Part shown: positions 17,642 through 26,327 of the stretch, in pieces
Numbering within the stretch: position 1 is the first letter of the stretch
Layout of the letters: every line of letters begins with the position of its first letter
Program-made: the position numbers and the translations under genes
NCBI GenBank assembly: GCA_903902315.1
Contig: CAIUUK010000038.1
Location: 1 to 43,820 of the forward strand
DNA length: 43,820 nt
Reading direction: 5' to 3'
Origin: an uncultured bacterium
Lineage (GTDB): Bacteria > Patescibacteriota > Minisyncoccia > Phycocordibacterales > PALSA-1337
Notes under the pieces: model-generated
The model's input: the letters and a program-made list of their open reading frames with translations, nothing else
What the model was told of the DNA's origin: nothing
Databases searched by the model: none

Positions 17642-19147
17642 CTAGTTTGTTGTAGTTTTTCCGCACATGCTTGCTGATTGATATGGTATAGCCTGATTCT
17701 GTATGCCTAACAAAGTTTTATCAACTGACGCTACATCGCTTTTTGCATTCTGAACATCTACAGCTGTTGGAACTGAATTGCTACTGAGCAGGTCTGTATA
17801 CTGTTGAGTCGCAGCATTGACTGCATCTGTACTCGTGGCAGCATTTGTTGTTGCTTGAATTTGAGTAAGAGTGTTAAGAGTAGATGAAGCAGTGGCGTCT
17901 TTGTATTGATATGTTGAAAGTAGAGGGGTGATTTGAGTATCTATGATTGACTGAACACCTGTAATAGCGGCAGGATCATTGGTTTGGCATTGAGCCAATA
18001 AGGTTTGGTATGTAGAGCTAGCGTTTTCTATATCAGCAACAGCCTTATCGTATTGTGCTTTGATCTGTGTTGCACTACCAATATATTTACCAGCATCTGC
18101 TGTGGCATGTGAAGCGGCTTTTTGTGAGGTATTTGCACTTTGGTCAGCAGCCATTCTAGCAATGAAAGATTGTTCACCATTTGCGCCAGGTTGAGTTGAT
18201 GAATATAGTCCACCAGACAAAACTTGTTGCATTGTCTGTGCTACGAGTGCACCGATAACCTCATCTATCATACTTGCTTGCACTAGAGTATCAGTCGGAT
18301 TGCCAAGCTCTTTGTTTAATGAGGCTGAAATAACTGATCCAGGAGTTTCATTCTGACATACATGTGTAACTGTTTCATTAAAATTTTCATCTACAGATGG
18401 TATATCGTCGCACTTTTGGAATGTTAAGAAACCATTTCCCTGCGCAAGCTGTTGCTGGTATTCACCTTGTTTATTGGCAATACTTAAAGAAAGATCACTC
18501 TGTGCTTGGAGATAAGCCCCACTCTCATTGTTTTGTGGCTGACTGATGGCGATAAATGCCGGCCATCCTCCTTGAGAGAAATCACCTTTTGTAAATCCAT
18601 CTATTGTTGCAACCTTTTTTCCATTAACAGAAACACTGGAATTTTTTACATTGTTTATAACTGAGCTCAGGGTACATGAGTATTTGTTATTTGCACCAGC
18701 GCCATTTCCAGCCTGTTGATATGCTAACTGTAAACGCAAATTAACACTGAAAGGTGAACATAGATTAGACAGAGGACCTGTAGTACTTGAAAGAAATTGA
18801 CCAGTGAGTTGATCTGCGGCATTTGTAAAGAAAGCTGTGGGGTTAGTTAGAAAAGCTGGGCTTCCTTTGAATCCAGAGTTAATCCACTTAACAGTATCCG
18901 ATGTCATCGTTTGTAAAAGGGATTTCGCCATTGACCATGCAAGTGGATCCAGAACCTCTTCTTTGATCTTTTGCCAATCAAATAGCGTACTTGTTAAGCT
19001 TGTAACCGTTGCCGTCAAACCGGTTTCAATTTCTGTTGCTATATCTGTTGTTATTTGAGCATGAGCTTGAGGTGGAGTTACAGTCTCAAATACAAATAGA
19101 GCGGTAGAAAGGAGAAGAAGACCTTTGATTGTTTTTGTAATTTTCAT
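17642..19147 (-). CDS. Secreted T/A/Q/S-rich protein; T4SS-like operon member
   Basis: 501 aa with signal peptide MKITKTIKGLLLLSTALFVFETVTPPQAHAQ. A conserved-looking N-terminal block reads LDPLAWSMAKSLLQTMTSDTVKWINSGFKGSPAF. No family was recognised. Confidence 0.6.
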   Translation of the reverse strand: MKITKTIKGLLLLSTALFVFETVTPPQAHAQITTDIATEIETGLTATVTSLTSTLFDWQKIKEEVLDPLAWSMAKSLLQTMTSDTVKWINSGFKGSPAFLTNPTAFFTNAADQLTGQFLSSTTGPLSNLCSPFSVNLRLQLAYQQAGNGAGANNKYSCTLSSVINNVKNSSVSVNGKKVATIDGFTKGDFSQGGWPAFIAISQPQNNESGAYLQAQSDLSLSIANKQGEYQQQLAQGNGFLTFQKCDDIPSVDENFNETVTHVCQNETPGSVISASLNKELGNPTDTLVQASMIDEVIGALVAQTMQQVLSGGLYSSTQPGANGEQSFIARMAADQSANTSQKAASHATADAGKYIGSATQIKAQYDKAVADIENASSTYQTLLAQCQTNDPAAITGVQSIIDTQITPLLSTYQYKDATASSTLNTLTQIQATTNAATSTDAVNAATQQYTDLLSSNSVPTAVDVQNAKSDVASVDKTLLGIQNQAIPYQSASMCGKTTTN

Positions 19148-19152
19148 AATAT

Positions 19153-20022
19153 TTAAATATTAAGGTATGAACCACTTTCAGTTGGTGCATATTTTATACC
19201 AGCATCGGTTAAAGCCTTTCTTATACCAATTAATCCGCCAAGTATTTCTGTATACGAATTCTGATACATCTGTAAACTATTCATTGAGAGTAGAGGATCT
19301 GTTTGAACTAAACCTAGAGAGGTTGAGATGAATTGCATATTGCTTATACCGTTTATTAAACTAACATGGCTACTAGATATTGCAGGTGGAACCGGGGTTT
19401 TTAAGAGATTTTTCAAAATTTTCTGATAATTTTTTGCATTCGCGTTTAATTCATCTATATACGAAGTGTCTTTTCCTTGTATCCCAGCAAAAGCTATTGA
19501 GGCGCTACTTTTTTGAGGAGAGTATGTTTCCAAAATTTGGCCTAGAGTATTGCCGTAAGATTTTAATGATGCGGTATCGTTAGTTAAAGAAAATGTAACA
19601 TCATCTGTGCTGTATTCGCGAGGCGCATTAAAAGAAGAGCTTTCTTTAGAAAGAATCGTTGCTACTGTACTACTAACAACAGCAGTGTTTCCTGTTAGAC
19701 CTGCTTGATTTAAAAGTGCGAATTCAGCAAATGTGTCTCGACTGAATTGATCAGTAAGTGTCAGTGGTCCTTCATCAGCAGAATCGTTCGAGTTGCCTGA
19801 TTTCAAATTAATTGCTGTTGAACTACTATTCAAAAAAAGTTTTTTCCAATCAGCATTATCAGCGATAATAGTGTTTGTGCTAGTTGTAGCGTCGTCTACA
19901 GCAATGTTCTGTGGTTCTATGGGCGCAGGTTGCCAATAGGTATAGCCAGCTGTTGCACCTACAGCCAAGAAACAGACGATAGCAATAACAAATGTTTGTT
20001 TGTGTAGGTAGAATTTGGCCAT
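19153..20022 (-). CDS. Membrane-anchored extracytoplasmic protein; first gene of the T4SS-like operon
   Basis: ATG at 20022 gives MAKFYLHKQTFVIAIVCFLAVGATAGY (a TM anchor). The GTG start at 20073 would add 17 aa. No family was recognised. Confidence 0.55.
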   Translation of the reverse strand: MAKFYLHKQTFVIAIVCFLAVGATAGYTYWQPAPIEPQNIAVDDATTSTNTIIADNADWKKLFLNSSSTAINLKSGNSNDSADEGPLTLTDQFSRDTFAEFALLNQAGLTGNTAVVSSTVATILSKESSSFNAPREYSTDDVTFSLTNDTASLKSYGNTLGQILETYSPQKSSASIAFAGIQGKDTSYIDELNANAKNYQKILKNLLKTPVPPAISSSHVSLINGISNMQFISTSLGLVQTDPLLSMNSLQMYQNSYTEILGGLIGIRKALTDAGIKYAPTESGSYLNI

Positions 20023-20087
20023 GCTAGGCTCAATTATAGCAGAGAAACTGTGATTATTCTGTGGATAAACCACTTAAATTAAGCGTT

Positions 20088-20924
20088 TTACAACAATTGA
20101 GCTTGAATCGCCACCCACTCATCTGGAGATAGATCTTCTGCACGGACTTTTTCATTCAGATTTAAATTTTTCCAAACAAGATCAGTTTTTTCTTTAGGTA
20201 GAATTTCCTCCAAATTTCTTTTCAAAAATTTTCGTTTATGTGCAAAACCAGTTTTTACTATTTTGAAAAATAATGATATGGCATCAGGGTTTTTCGGTAA
20301 TATTTGATTGAAATTATCTGCAGAAATATTGTTTATGGCTAAAATAGCCGAATCAACTGTTGGTGGTGGAGTAAAAGCCCCTGGTGGAACTTTGGCTATC
20401 ACTTTTGGTTTCCCAAAGACTTTTACTGAAATTGAAAGTACGCTTTCTTTACTCTTCCCTGTTGATTGTTCTGGTCTAGCAACAATTCGGTCCGCCACTT
20501 CTTTTTGGACAAGGAGAACCATTCTATTTGGTCTAGGTTCATGCTCTAGGAATTTTTCTAGGATTGCACCAGTGATGTAATAAGGAATATTGGCAATTAA
20601 TGCATAGGAAGAAGGAATGAAGGAATTTGGAGCAGAAAGTTTTTCGTCTAAAATGTCGCCCTGAATCAATTTTAATTGACTGGAGTTTATCTCATTTGCA
20701 AATTTTTCGTTCAAAAGTGCAAATGCACGAGCATCTTTTTCAACCGCTGTGACAATTGCGCCGGTTTTTAGTAAGCTTTCTGTCAAAATTCCTGTACCAG
20801 GACCAATTTCCAGTATATTTTCACCAGATTTTAAATTTCCTGCAGTTATGATCTGCTCCAAAACATGTTTTGAATTTAGAAAATGTTGCCCAAGTGATTT
20901 TTTTGCAAATAGTTTCATGTTCAC
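20088..20924 (-). CDS. rsmA: 16S rRNA (adenine1518/1519-N6)-dimethyltransferase
   Basis: KKSLGQHFLNSKHVLEQII and the SAM motif ILEIGPGTGILTESLL. The 278-aa length is typical of KsgA/RsmA. Confidence 0.9.
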   Translation of the reverse strand: MNMKLFAKKSLGQHFLNSKHVLEQIITAGNLKSGENILEIGPGTGILTESLLKTGAIVTAVEKDARAFALLNEKFANEINSSQLKLIQGDILDEKLSAPNSFIPSSYALIANIPYYITGAILEKFLEHEPRPNRMVLLVQKEVADRIVARPEQSTGKSKESVLSISVKVFGKPKVIAKVPPGAFTPPPTVDSAILAINNISADNFNQILPKNPDAISLFFKIVKTGFAHKRKFLKRNLEEILPKEKTDLVWKNLNLNEKVRAEDLSPDEWVAIQAQLL

Positions 20925-20959
20925 ATAATCGCTTATGCTTGATAATTGTGCAAGTCAAA

Positions 20960-22915
20960 TTAGAAATCAATAAAAAGTGCTTTTGCACCACTCGGTCTCT
21001 CTGGTGGAGCTTGATCCTCTATTAAATTTTTTGCAATATCATCGATAAATTCTGAAGGAAGACTAACTCTCTGTGTACCATATATTGTGCGAAGCATGGT
21101 GTAACTAAAATAAACCTTTTTCTTTGCACGAGTGATGGCTACATAGAATAAACGACGCTCTTCTTCCTCTTCAGCTTGGTCTATGTCACCTTCATCCATC
21201 CGTTTAAACGGAAATAGATCCTGCTCCAAGCCTGCGATGAAGACGTGGTCAAACTCCAAACCTTTCGATGCGTGAACCGTCATCAGTCTGACCGCGTCTT
21301 TGTTTTCTGAGAGCTCGTCTTGGTCAGTGGCGAGGGCGGCATTGCTCAAAAAGGCCTCAATACCTTGAGTTTTCGAGTCTTCGGTGTTTTCTACACCATC
21401 ATACTGCGCAGCCACAGAAACGACTTCACGAATGTTCAGAAGGCGTTCCTCGTCCTCAGTGTCACCTTGTCTGAGCAGTTGCTCCATACCAGTTTCTTGA
21501 ATAATAAACTTTATCGCTTCCGAAGGTTTTTTTTCTTCAATTTCTTTTTTTATATCATCAAGCAATTTCCAGAATTGAGTGATTTTTGTGCGCATGTTGG
21601 CTGGTAACAGATCTTCTCTACCAGAAAGAATTTTTGCAACAGTGACTTTACCAATACCGCGCACTGGAACATTGATAATTCGTGCCACATCACCAGCACT
21701 CTCACGATTGAGTGCAGCTTTTACATATGAGAGAACATCTTTGACCTCTTTTCTCTCAAAGAATCTTACTCCGACGAGTTGGTATGGAATATTTTTCTTT
21801 ATGAAAGCGTCTTCGAGGGCTCGCGATTGAAAATTTGCACGATAAAGCACCGCAATTTCGCGAGGCGAAGTACCTTTTTCTATGAGTGTACGAGCTGTAT
21901 CTGCGATTGCACGAGCTTCCTCGTTTTCTGTATATGAAACAATGAGAGAAATTTTTTCGCCTTCTGCATTGTCGGTGTAAAGTGTCTTTTTTTTGCGCAT
22001 CAAATTGCGTTCAATAACATTATTAGCTGCTGCGAGGATGTTTTTCGTCGATCTATAGTTTTTTTCAAGTGTAATAACCGTAGATAATGGATAATCTTTT
22101 TCAAAATTAAGGATATTTTCTATAGTTGCTCCGCGCCAGCTGTAAATATTTTGATCGGCATCGCCCACAACGCAGATGTTTCGTGAATTTTCATCAGTTA
22201 AATATTTCGCTATGCGATATTGAACTTTGTTCGTATCCTGGTACTCGTCTATATGTATGTATTTCCAAATCTGATGATAATGAGTTCTAACAGCAGGATA
22301 TTTCTCTAGTATTTGAGCCGTTTTTAGGAGAAGGTCATCAAAGTCGAGCGATTTTTCTTTTGCTAGGATAGCGTCGTATTTTTCCCAGACATTGGCAACG
22401 GTTTCCTGGGCGTAATCCTTTGCTCCGTCGAAATACTCCAGACGACTGAAGCCATCCCCCTTCGCACGAGAGATCATGTTGAGTACTGTACCAGGCTCAA
22501 ATTTTTTTGGGTCGACTGAACACTGAATCATGGCCTCTTTGATTGCACGACGAGAATCACTTCTGTCATAAATAGTGAAATGTCTGGTTAGACCGAGCAA
22601 AGTAGCGTTTTCTCTAATAATATGGACGCCAAGCGAGTGAAAAGTACTCATGAAAGGTCTTTCATTCATGGAAATTGGCCTGTTAATACTTTTTTCTTCA
22701 GCTATGAGGTGATTTACACGCTCACGCATCTCTTTTGCCGCTTTGTTGGTGAATGTGATAGCTAGAATTTGGTGAGGCGGTATGCCTTTTTTGATTAGAT
22801 TGAGGATGCGATGAGTGATTACACCTGTTTTACCTGCTCCGGCACCAGCGATGATGAGGACTGGTCCATCTGTAGTTTCAACAGCTCGTTTTTGTTCAGC
22901 GTTTAGAGTGGTCAT
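20960..22915 (-). CDS. pcrA: UvrD/PcrA-family ATP-dependent DNA helicase
   Basis: ATG at 22915 gives MTTLNAEQKRAVETTDGPVLIIAGAGAGKTGVITHRI. Other motifs are FTNKAAKEM, IHIDEYQDTN, VGDADQNIYSWRGA and VHASKGLEF. The 707-aa extended start is unlikely. Confidence 0.9.
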   Translation of the reverse strand: MTTLNAEQKRAVETTDGPVLIIAGAGAGKTGVITHRILNLIKKGIPPHQILAITFTNKAAKEMRERVNHLIAEEKSINRPISMNERPFMSTFHSLGVHIIRENATLLGLTRHFTIYDRSDSRRAIKEAMIQCSVDPKKFEPGTVLNMISRAKGDGFSRLEYFDGAKDYAQETVANVWEKYDAILAKEKSLDFDDLLLKTAQILEKYPAVRTHYHQIWKYIHIDEYQDTNKVQYRIAKYLTDENSRNICVVGDADQNIYSWRGATIENILNFEKDYPLSTVITLEKNYRSTKNILAAANNVIERNLMRKKKTLYTDNAEGEKISLIVSYTENEEARAIADTARTLIEKGTSPREIAVLYRANFQSRALEDAFIKKNIPYQLVGVRFFERKEVKDVLSYVKAALNRESAGDVARIINVPVRGIGKVTVAKILSGREDLLPANMRTKITQFWKLLDDIKKEIEEKKPSEAIKFIIQETGMEQLLRQGDTEDEERLLNIREVVSVAAQYDGVENTEDSKTQGIEAFLSNAALATDQDELSENKDAVRLMTVHASKGLEFDHVFIAGLEQDLFPFKRMDEGDIDQAEEEEERRLFYVAITRAKKKVYFSYTMLRTIYGTQRVSLPSEFIDDIAKNLIEDQAPPERPSGAKALFIDF

Positions 22916-23053
22916 GGCGGTTATCTTAACACAAGATTGCACTGTGCATATCATTGTTGACTTTGTGGCCATGCCTGCTACTCTGAATAGGTATTCAAGA
23001 GGATACATAGAAAACTCTGGCTCTGTTGAGCCATTTGTCATCTTATTCTGTAA

Positions 23054-24247
23054 ATGAACGACTCCAATAAAGGTATAAATCAAAAAACATATTTTTCCAA
23101 GAATCTAAGCGCATGGTTGGTGGTTTTTGTCATGACATCTACATCGCTGTTCGTTCACTCACAGACCACAAATGCCGGTCTGTTTTCTTTCTTCTCAAAT
23201 TTATTTAGTGCAGGTCAAGTTTCTGCTGATACACCAGATTCTAGTGGGAATTTTGTAACTGACTCCTCGACAACATTGCCGAAAAATCTGCAGGACATGT
23301 CTATTTTATCTGCTGCATCAAACCCAAACCCAAATCCAAACAATTGTGGAGACACTTCCCCTGTAAATGGAAATATTCTAGATCCGGGTATAGCTTCAAG
23401 TTTGGCTAGTAGTTGTGGCACATCAAATACACAGATCAGTACATACATTGTAAATTCTGGAGACACTATTTCGTCCGTCGCTCACATGTTCAATGTGTCT
23501 GTTAATACGGTTCTTTGGGCAAACAATCTAACCGGCAGATCAGTTCTTCAGCCTGGACAAAACCTAGTCATTCTTCCTATTACCGGTATCAATTACACAG
23601 TTAAAAAGAACGATACATTGCAAAGTATTGCAAAAAAATATGGTGGAGATCATGTTTCGGATACTCTTTCGGATATTTTGGATTATAACGACCTGACTTC
23701 AACTTCCGCACTTATTATTGGACAAACTGTCATCATTCCTTCCGCTGAAATATCGACAACTGATATAGGTCCAATACCTTCGCCTACAAATTCCAGATCA
23801 TATTCAACAGATGAACCTTTGCTCGATAATATAAAAAACTGGCCAGCTTATCCAAGTTGTAATTATGCTACTACCGGTTGTTATTATCTCCGTCCAATTC
23901 AAGGTGGCCATATCAGTCAAAAATTGCATGGTCATAATGCTGTGGATCTAGCTGCTCCAGTCGGTACTCACATTGTCGCTTCTGCTGAAGGAACGGTTAT
24001 AATTAGCCGTATAAACGGTGGATGGAATGGAGGATATGGTAATTTCATTGTTATCTCACATCCAAATGGTACTCAAACCTTATATGCACATATGTTATCT
24101 AAATCCGCAGGATTAGTATCTCCTGGAGAACATGTTAATCAGGGTCAGTTGATTGGATATATCGGCATGACTGGTCACACAACTGGTCCACACATACACT
24201 TTGAAATTCGTGGTGCACAAAATCTCTTTTGGAATTCTAATTTGTAG
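23054..24247 (+). CDS. Secreted LysM-domain M23 family metallopeptidase (peptidoglycan hydrolase)
   Basis: It has a TM/signal segment and two LysM-like repeats (YIVNSGDTISSVAHMFNVSVNTVLWANNL; YTVKKNDTLQSIAKKYG). M23 motifs are HNAVDLAAPVGT and GHTTGPHIHFEIR. Confidence 0.85.
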   Translation: MNDSNKGINQKTYFSKNLSAWLVVFVMTSTSLFVHSQTTNAGLFSFFSNLFSAGQVSADTPDSSGNFVTDSSTTLPKNLQDMSILSAASNPNPNPNNCGDTSPVNGNILDPGIASSLASSCGTSNTQISTYIVNSGDTISSVAHMFNVSVNTVLWANNLTGRSVLQPGQNLVILPITGINYTVKKNDTLQSIAKKYGGDHVSDTLSDILDYNDLTSTSALIIGQTVIIPSAEISTTDIGPIPSPTNSRSYSTDEPLLDNIKNWPAYPSCNYATTGCYYLRPIQGGHISQKLHGHNAVDLAAPVGTHIVASAEGTVIISRINGGWNGGYGNFIVISHPNGTQTLYAHMLSKSAGLVSPGEHVNQGQLIGYIGMTGHTTGPHIHFEIRGAQNLFWNSNL

Positions 24248-24268
24248 TTTTTGTATGAGAAATTGATA

Positions 24269-25852
24269 TTAGCCAATTCTTTGACGGTATTGCAGTGCTT
24301 CAAGTATGTGTTGCCTTGTAATGTAATCAGAATTTGCGAGATCAGCTATGGTTCGAGCCACTTTTATTATCCTATGATATGCACGAGCAGAAAGACCCAG
24401 TTTCTCTGCTGACAATTTAAGTATTTGGCGAGCTTCTTTTTCTAGTTTCGCATATTTTTCTAGGTCGCTAGGGTTCATTTCGCTGTTGAAGTATTTAATA
24501 TCTAGTCTTTCACCTTGATTTGTGTGTAGGTTATGTAAATTGCTTAAGTTCTGGCTCGCTCCAAATCTTTTTTCTTGAATTTTTCTCGCCTCGATTACTC
24601 GTTTACGAATTTCTACGGATTTTTCTCCAGTTGATTGCGTCAAAGACAATTTTTCGTAATCAACTTTACTAACAAGAATCCACATATCTATTCTATCTAA
24701 TATTGGAGCTGATATTTTTCGTTTGTATGCAGTAATGTCACTAGGTGTGCATATACAACCATTGTCTTTACCTTTGCCGCACCTACACGGATTCATAGAA
24801 GCAATAAATAAGCATTGAGCTGGAAATGTTATCGATCCTCTGGCACGAGACACTGTAACTTCTTTGTCTTCAAGCGGTTGTCGTAATGCCTCTAGAACCT
24901 CCCTATCAAATTCAGGAAATTCATCTAGAAATAATATGCCTCTATGTGCCAAAGTTATCTCTCCAGGGTGCGGATGAGTTCCACCGCCAAGTATAGCTAT
25001 GGCAGAAGCGGTGTGATGTGGATTTCTACATGGTGGCGTATCAATCAACCCTAGAGGCAATGTGTGCGCAACTGAATGTATACAAGTGACTTCCACAGCT
25101 TGCTCATAATCTAGTGCTGGCATAATAGAAACAAGACTTTTTGCCAACATAGTTTTACCAGTTCCAGGAGGTCCATAAAGTATTATGTTGTGACAACCTG
25201 CAGCAGCTATTTCCATAGCTCTTTTGGCAGTTTCATTGCCACGAATCAAAGAAAAATCATTAATTTCTGTTTGATGAACTAAAATATTATTATTTGGCTC
25301 ATAAGGTTTGATTGGCTCAAGCTTTTTTATTCTAGAAACATGATCGATTATTTCTCTTAGAGAAGAAACAGCATAAACCAAAATATTTTGTGCCAAGGAT
25401 GCTTCCAGAGCATTTTCTTTTGGTACAAATGCCGTAGTGAAACCGTGTTGGCTGGACTGAATTAATATTGGTAAAAGCCCCTGAACTTTTCGGATCGTTC
25501 CTTCTAATGATAATTCACCCAGAAAAATTATGTTTTCATATTCAAAATCAATGTCGCCAACACCTTTGAGGTATGCCATAGCCATAGCTAGATCAAAAGT
25601 CGTTCCCTCCTTACGAATATGGGCTGGCGCCAGAGAAATAACCACTTTTTGATTTTTCTGCTTAGGTGATATGTAGCCTGTATTTTTTATTGCAGCAGAA
25701 ATACGATCTTTTGCTTCATCTACTGATCTATCACCAAGACCAACAACAGAAAAAGAATGTAAACCGTTTGAAATATCTACTTCAACCGTTATTTTTTCCA
25801 TGGTAAGACCAACAACATGTGCCGTGTATGTTTTTGCTATGTTCATCAACAC
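24269..25852 (-). CDS. comM: YifB/ComM-family Mg-chelatase-like AAA+ ATPase
   Basis: 527 aa with an N-terminal Lon-protease-like domain. It carries Walker A YGPPGTGKTMLAKS, Walker B GILFLDEFPEF, and a Cys cluster CRCGKGKDNGCIC. Confidence 0.85.
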   Translation of the reverse strand: MLMNIAKTYTAHVVGLTMEKITVEVDISNGLHSFSVVGLGDRSVDEAKDRISAAIKNTGYISPKQKNQKVVISLAPAHIRKEGTTFDLAMAMAYLKGVGDIDFEYENIIFLGELSLEGTIRKVQGLLPILIQSSQHGFTTAFVPKENALEASLAQNILVYAVSSLREIIDHVSRIKKLEPIKPYEPNNNILVHQTEINDFSLIRGNETAKRAMEIAAAGCHNIILYGPPGTGKTMLAKSLVSIMPALDYEQAVEVTCIHSVAHTLPLGLIDTPPCRNPHHTASAIAILGGGTHPHPGEITLAHRGILFLDEFPEFDREVLEALRQPLEDKEVTVSRARGSITFPAQCLFIASMNPCRCGKGKDNGCICTPSDITAYKRKISAPILDRIDMWILVSKVDYEKLSLTQSTGEKSVEIRKRVIEARKIQEKRFGASQNLSNLHNLHTNQGERLDIKYFNSEMNPSDLEKYAKLEKEARQILKLSAEKLGLSARAYHRIIKVARTIADLANSDYITRQHILEALQYRQRIG

Positions 25853-25953
25853 ATCTTACAAAAGAGGTGTTCAAATTCTGATAAAAATCTGCTAAAAAAT
25901 CGATAAAATAATGATCAAGAAACGATAAAATTTTCTACGGCTTGGAGTATGGC

Positions 25954-26316
25954 TTAGTGACCGTGTTTGATAGATATACGAGCACTTGGGTTTGCTTCCA
26001 GACGACCAATTTCGATAGGTTTAGCACATTTTTCACATAATCCATAAGTTCCTTTTTCAATTCGTTCAAGGGCTGATTTAACTTCCTGAAGTTGTCCTTC
26101 AAGTTTGTTTGCAATACCAGTGTTTTCTTCAAGTTCTCCAAATCTGTCAGCAACTTCGTTATCATCAGCTGTATCAACTTTCATATCACTTGCCGTAACA
26201 TCCCAACCACCAGGAGCACTTGGGTCTTTTTTACCAATACCACTAAGTTCTTCCTCGAGTTGTGTCGCTTCTGCTAGTAGAAGCTTTTTGAATTTTTCGG
26301 TGTCTTTTTTATTCAT
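25954..26316 (-). CDS. DksA/TraR-family protein with a 2-Cys (incomplete) zinc-finger
   Basis: 120 aa with an acidic coiled-coil N-terminus. The C-terminus CEKCAKPIEIGRLEANPSARISIKHGH has the first CxxC, but the second pair is replaced (S...H). Confidence 0.65.
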   Translation of the reverse strand: MNKKDTEKFKKLLLAEATQLEEELSGIGKKDPSAPGGWDVTASDMKVDTADDNEVADRFGELEENTGIANKLEGQLQEVKSALERIEKGTYGLCEKCAKPIEIGRLEANPSARISIKHGH

Positions 26317-26327
26317 ATGTCTACATT

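Noticed and set aside
20960-23083. 707-aa version of the helicase ORF (extra 56 N-terminal residues)
   Set aside because: The extension overlaps the divergent LysM-M23 gene start and has no helicase similarity. The conserved LNAEQKRAV helicase N-terminus begins just after the ATG at 22915.
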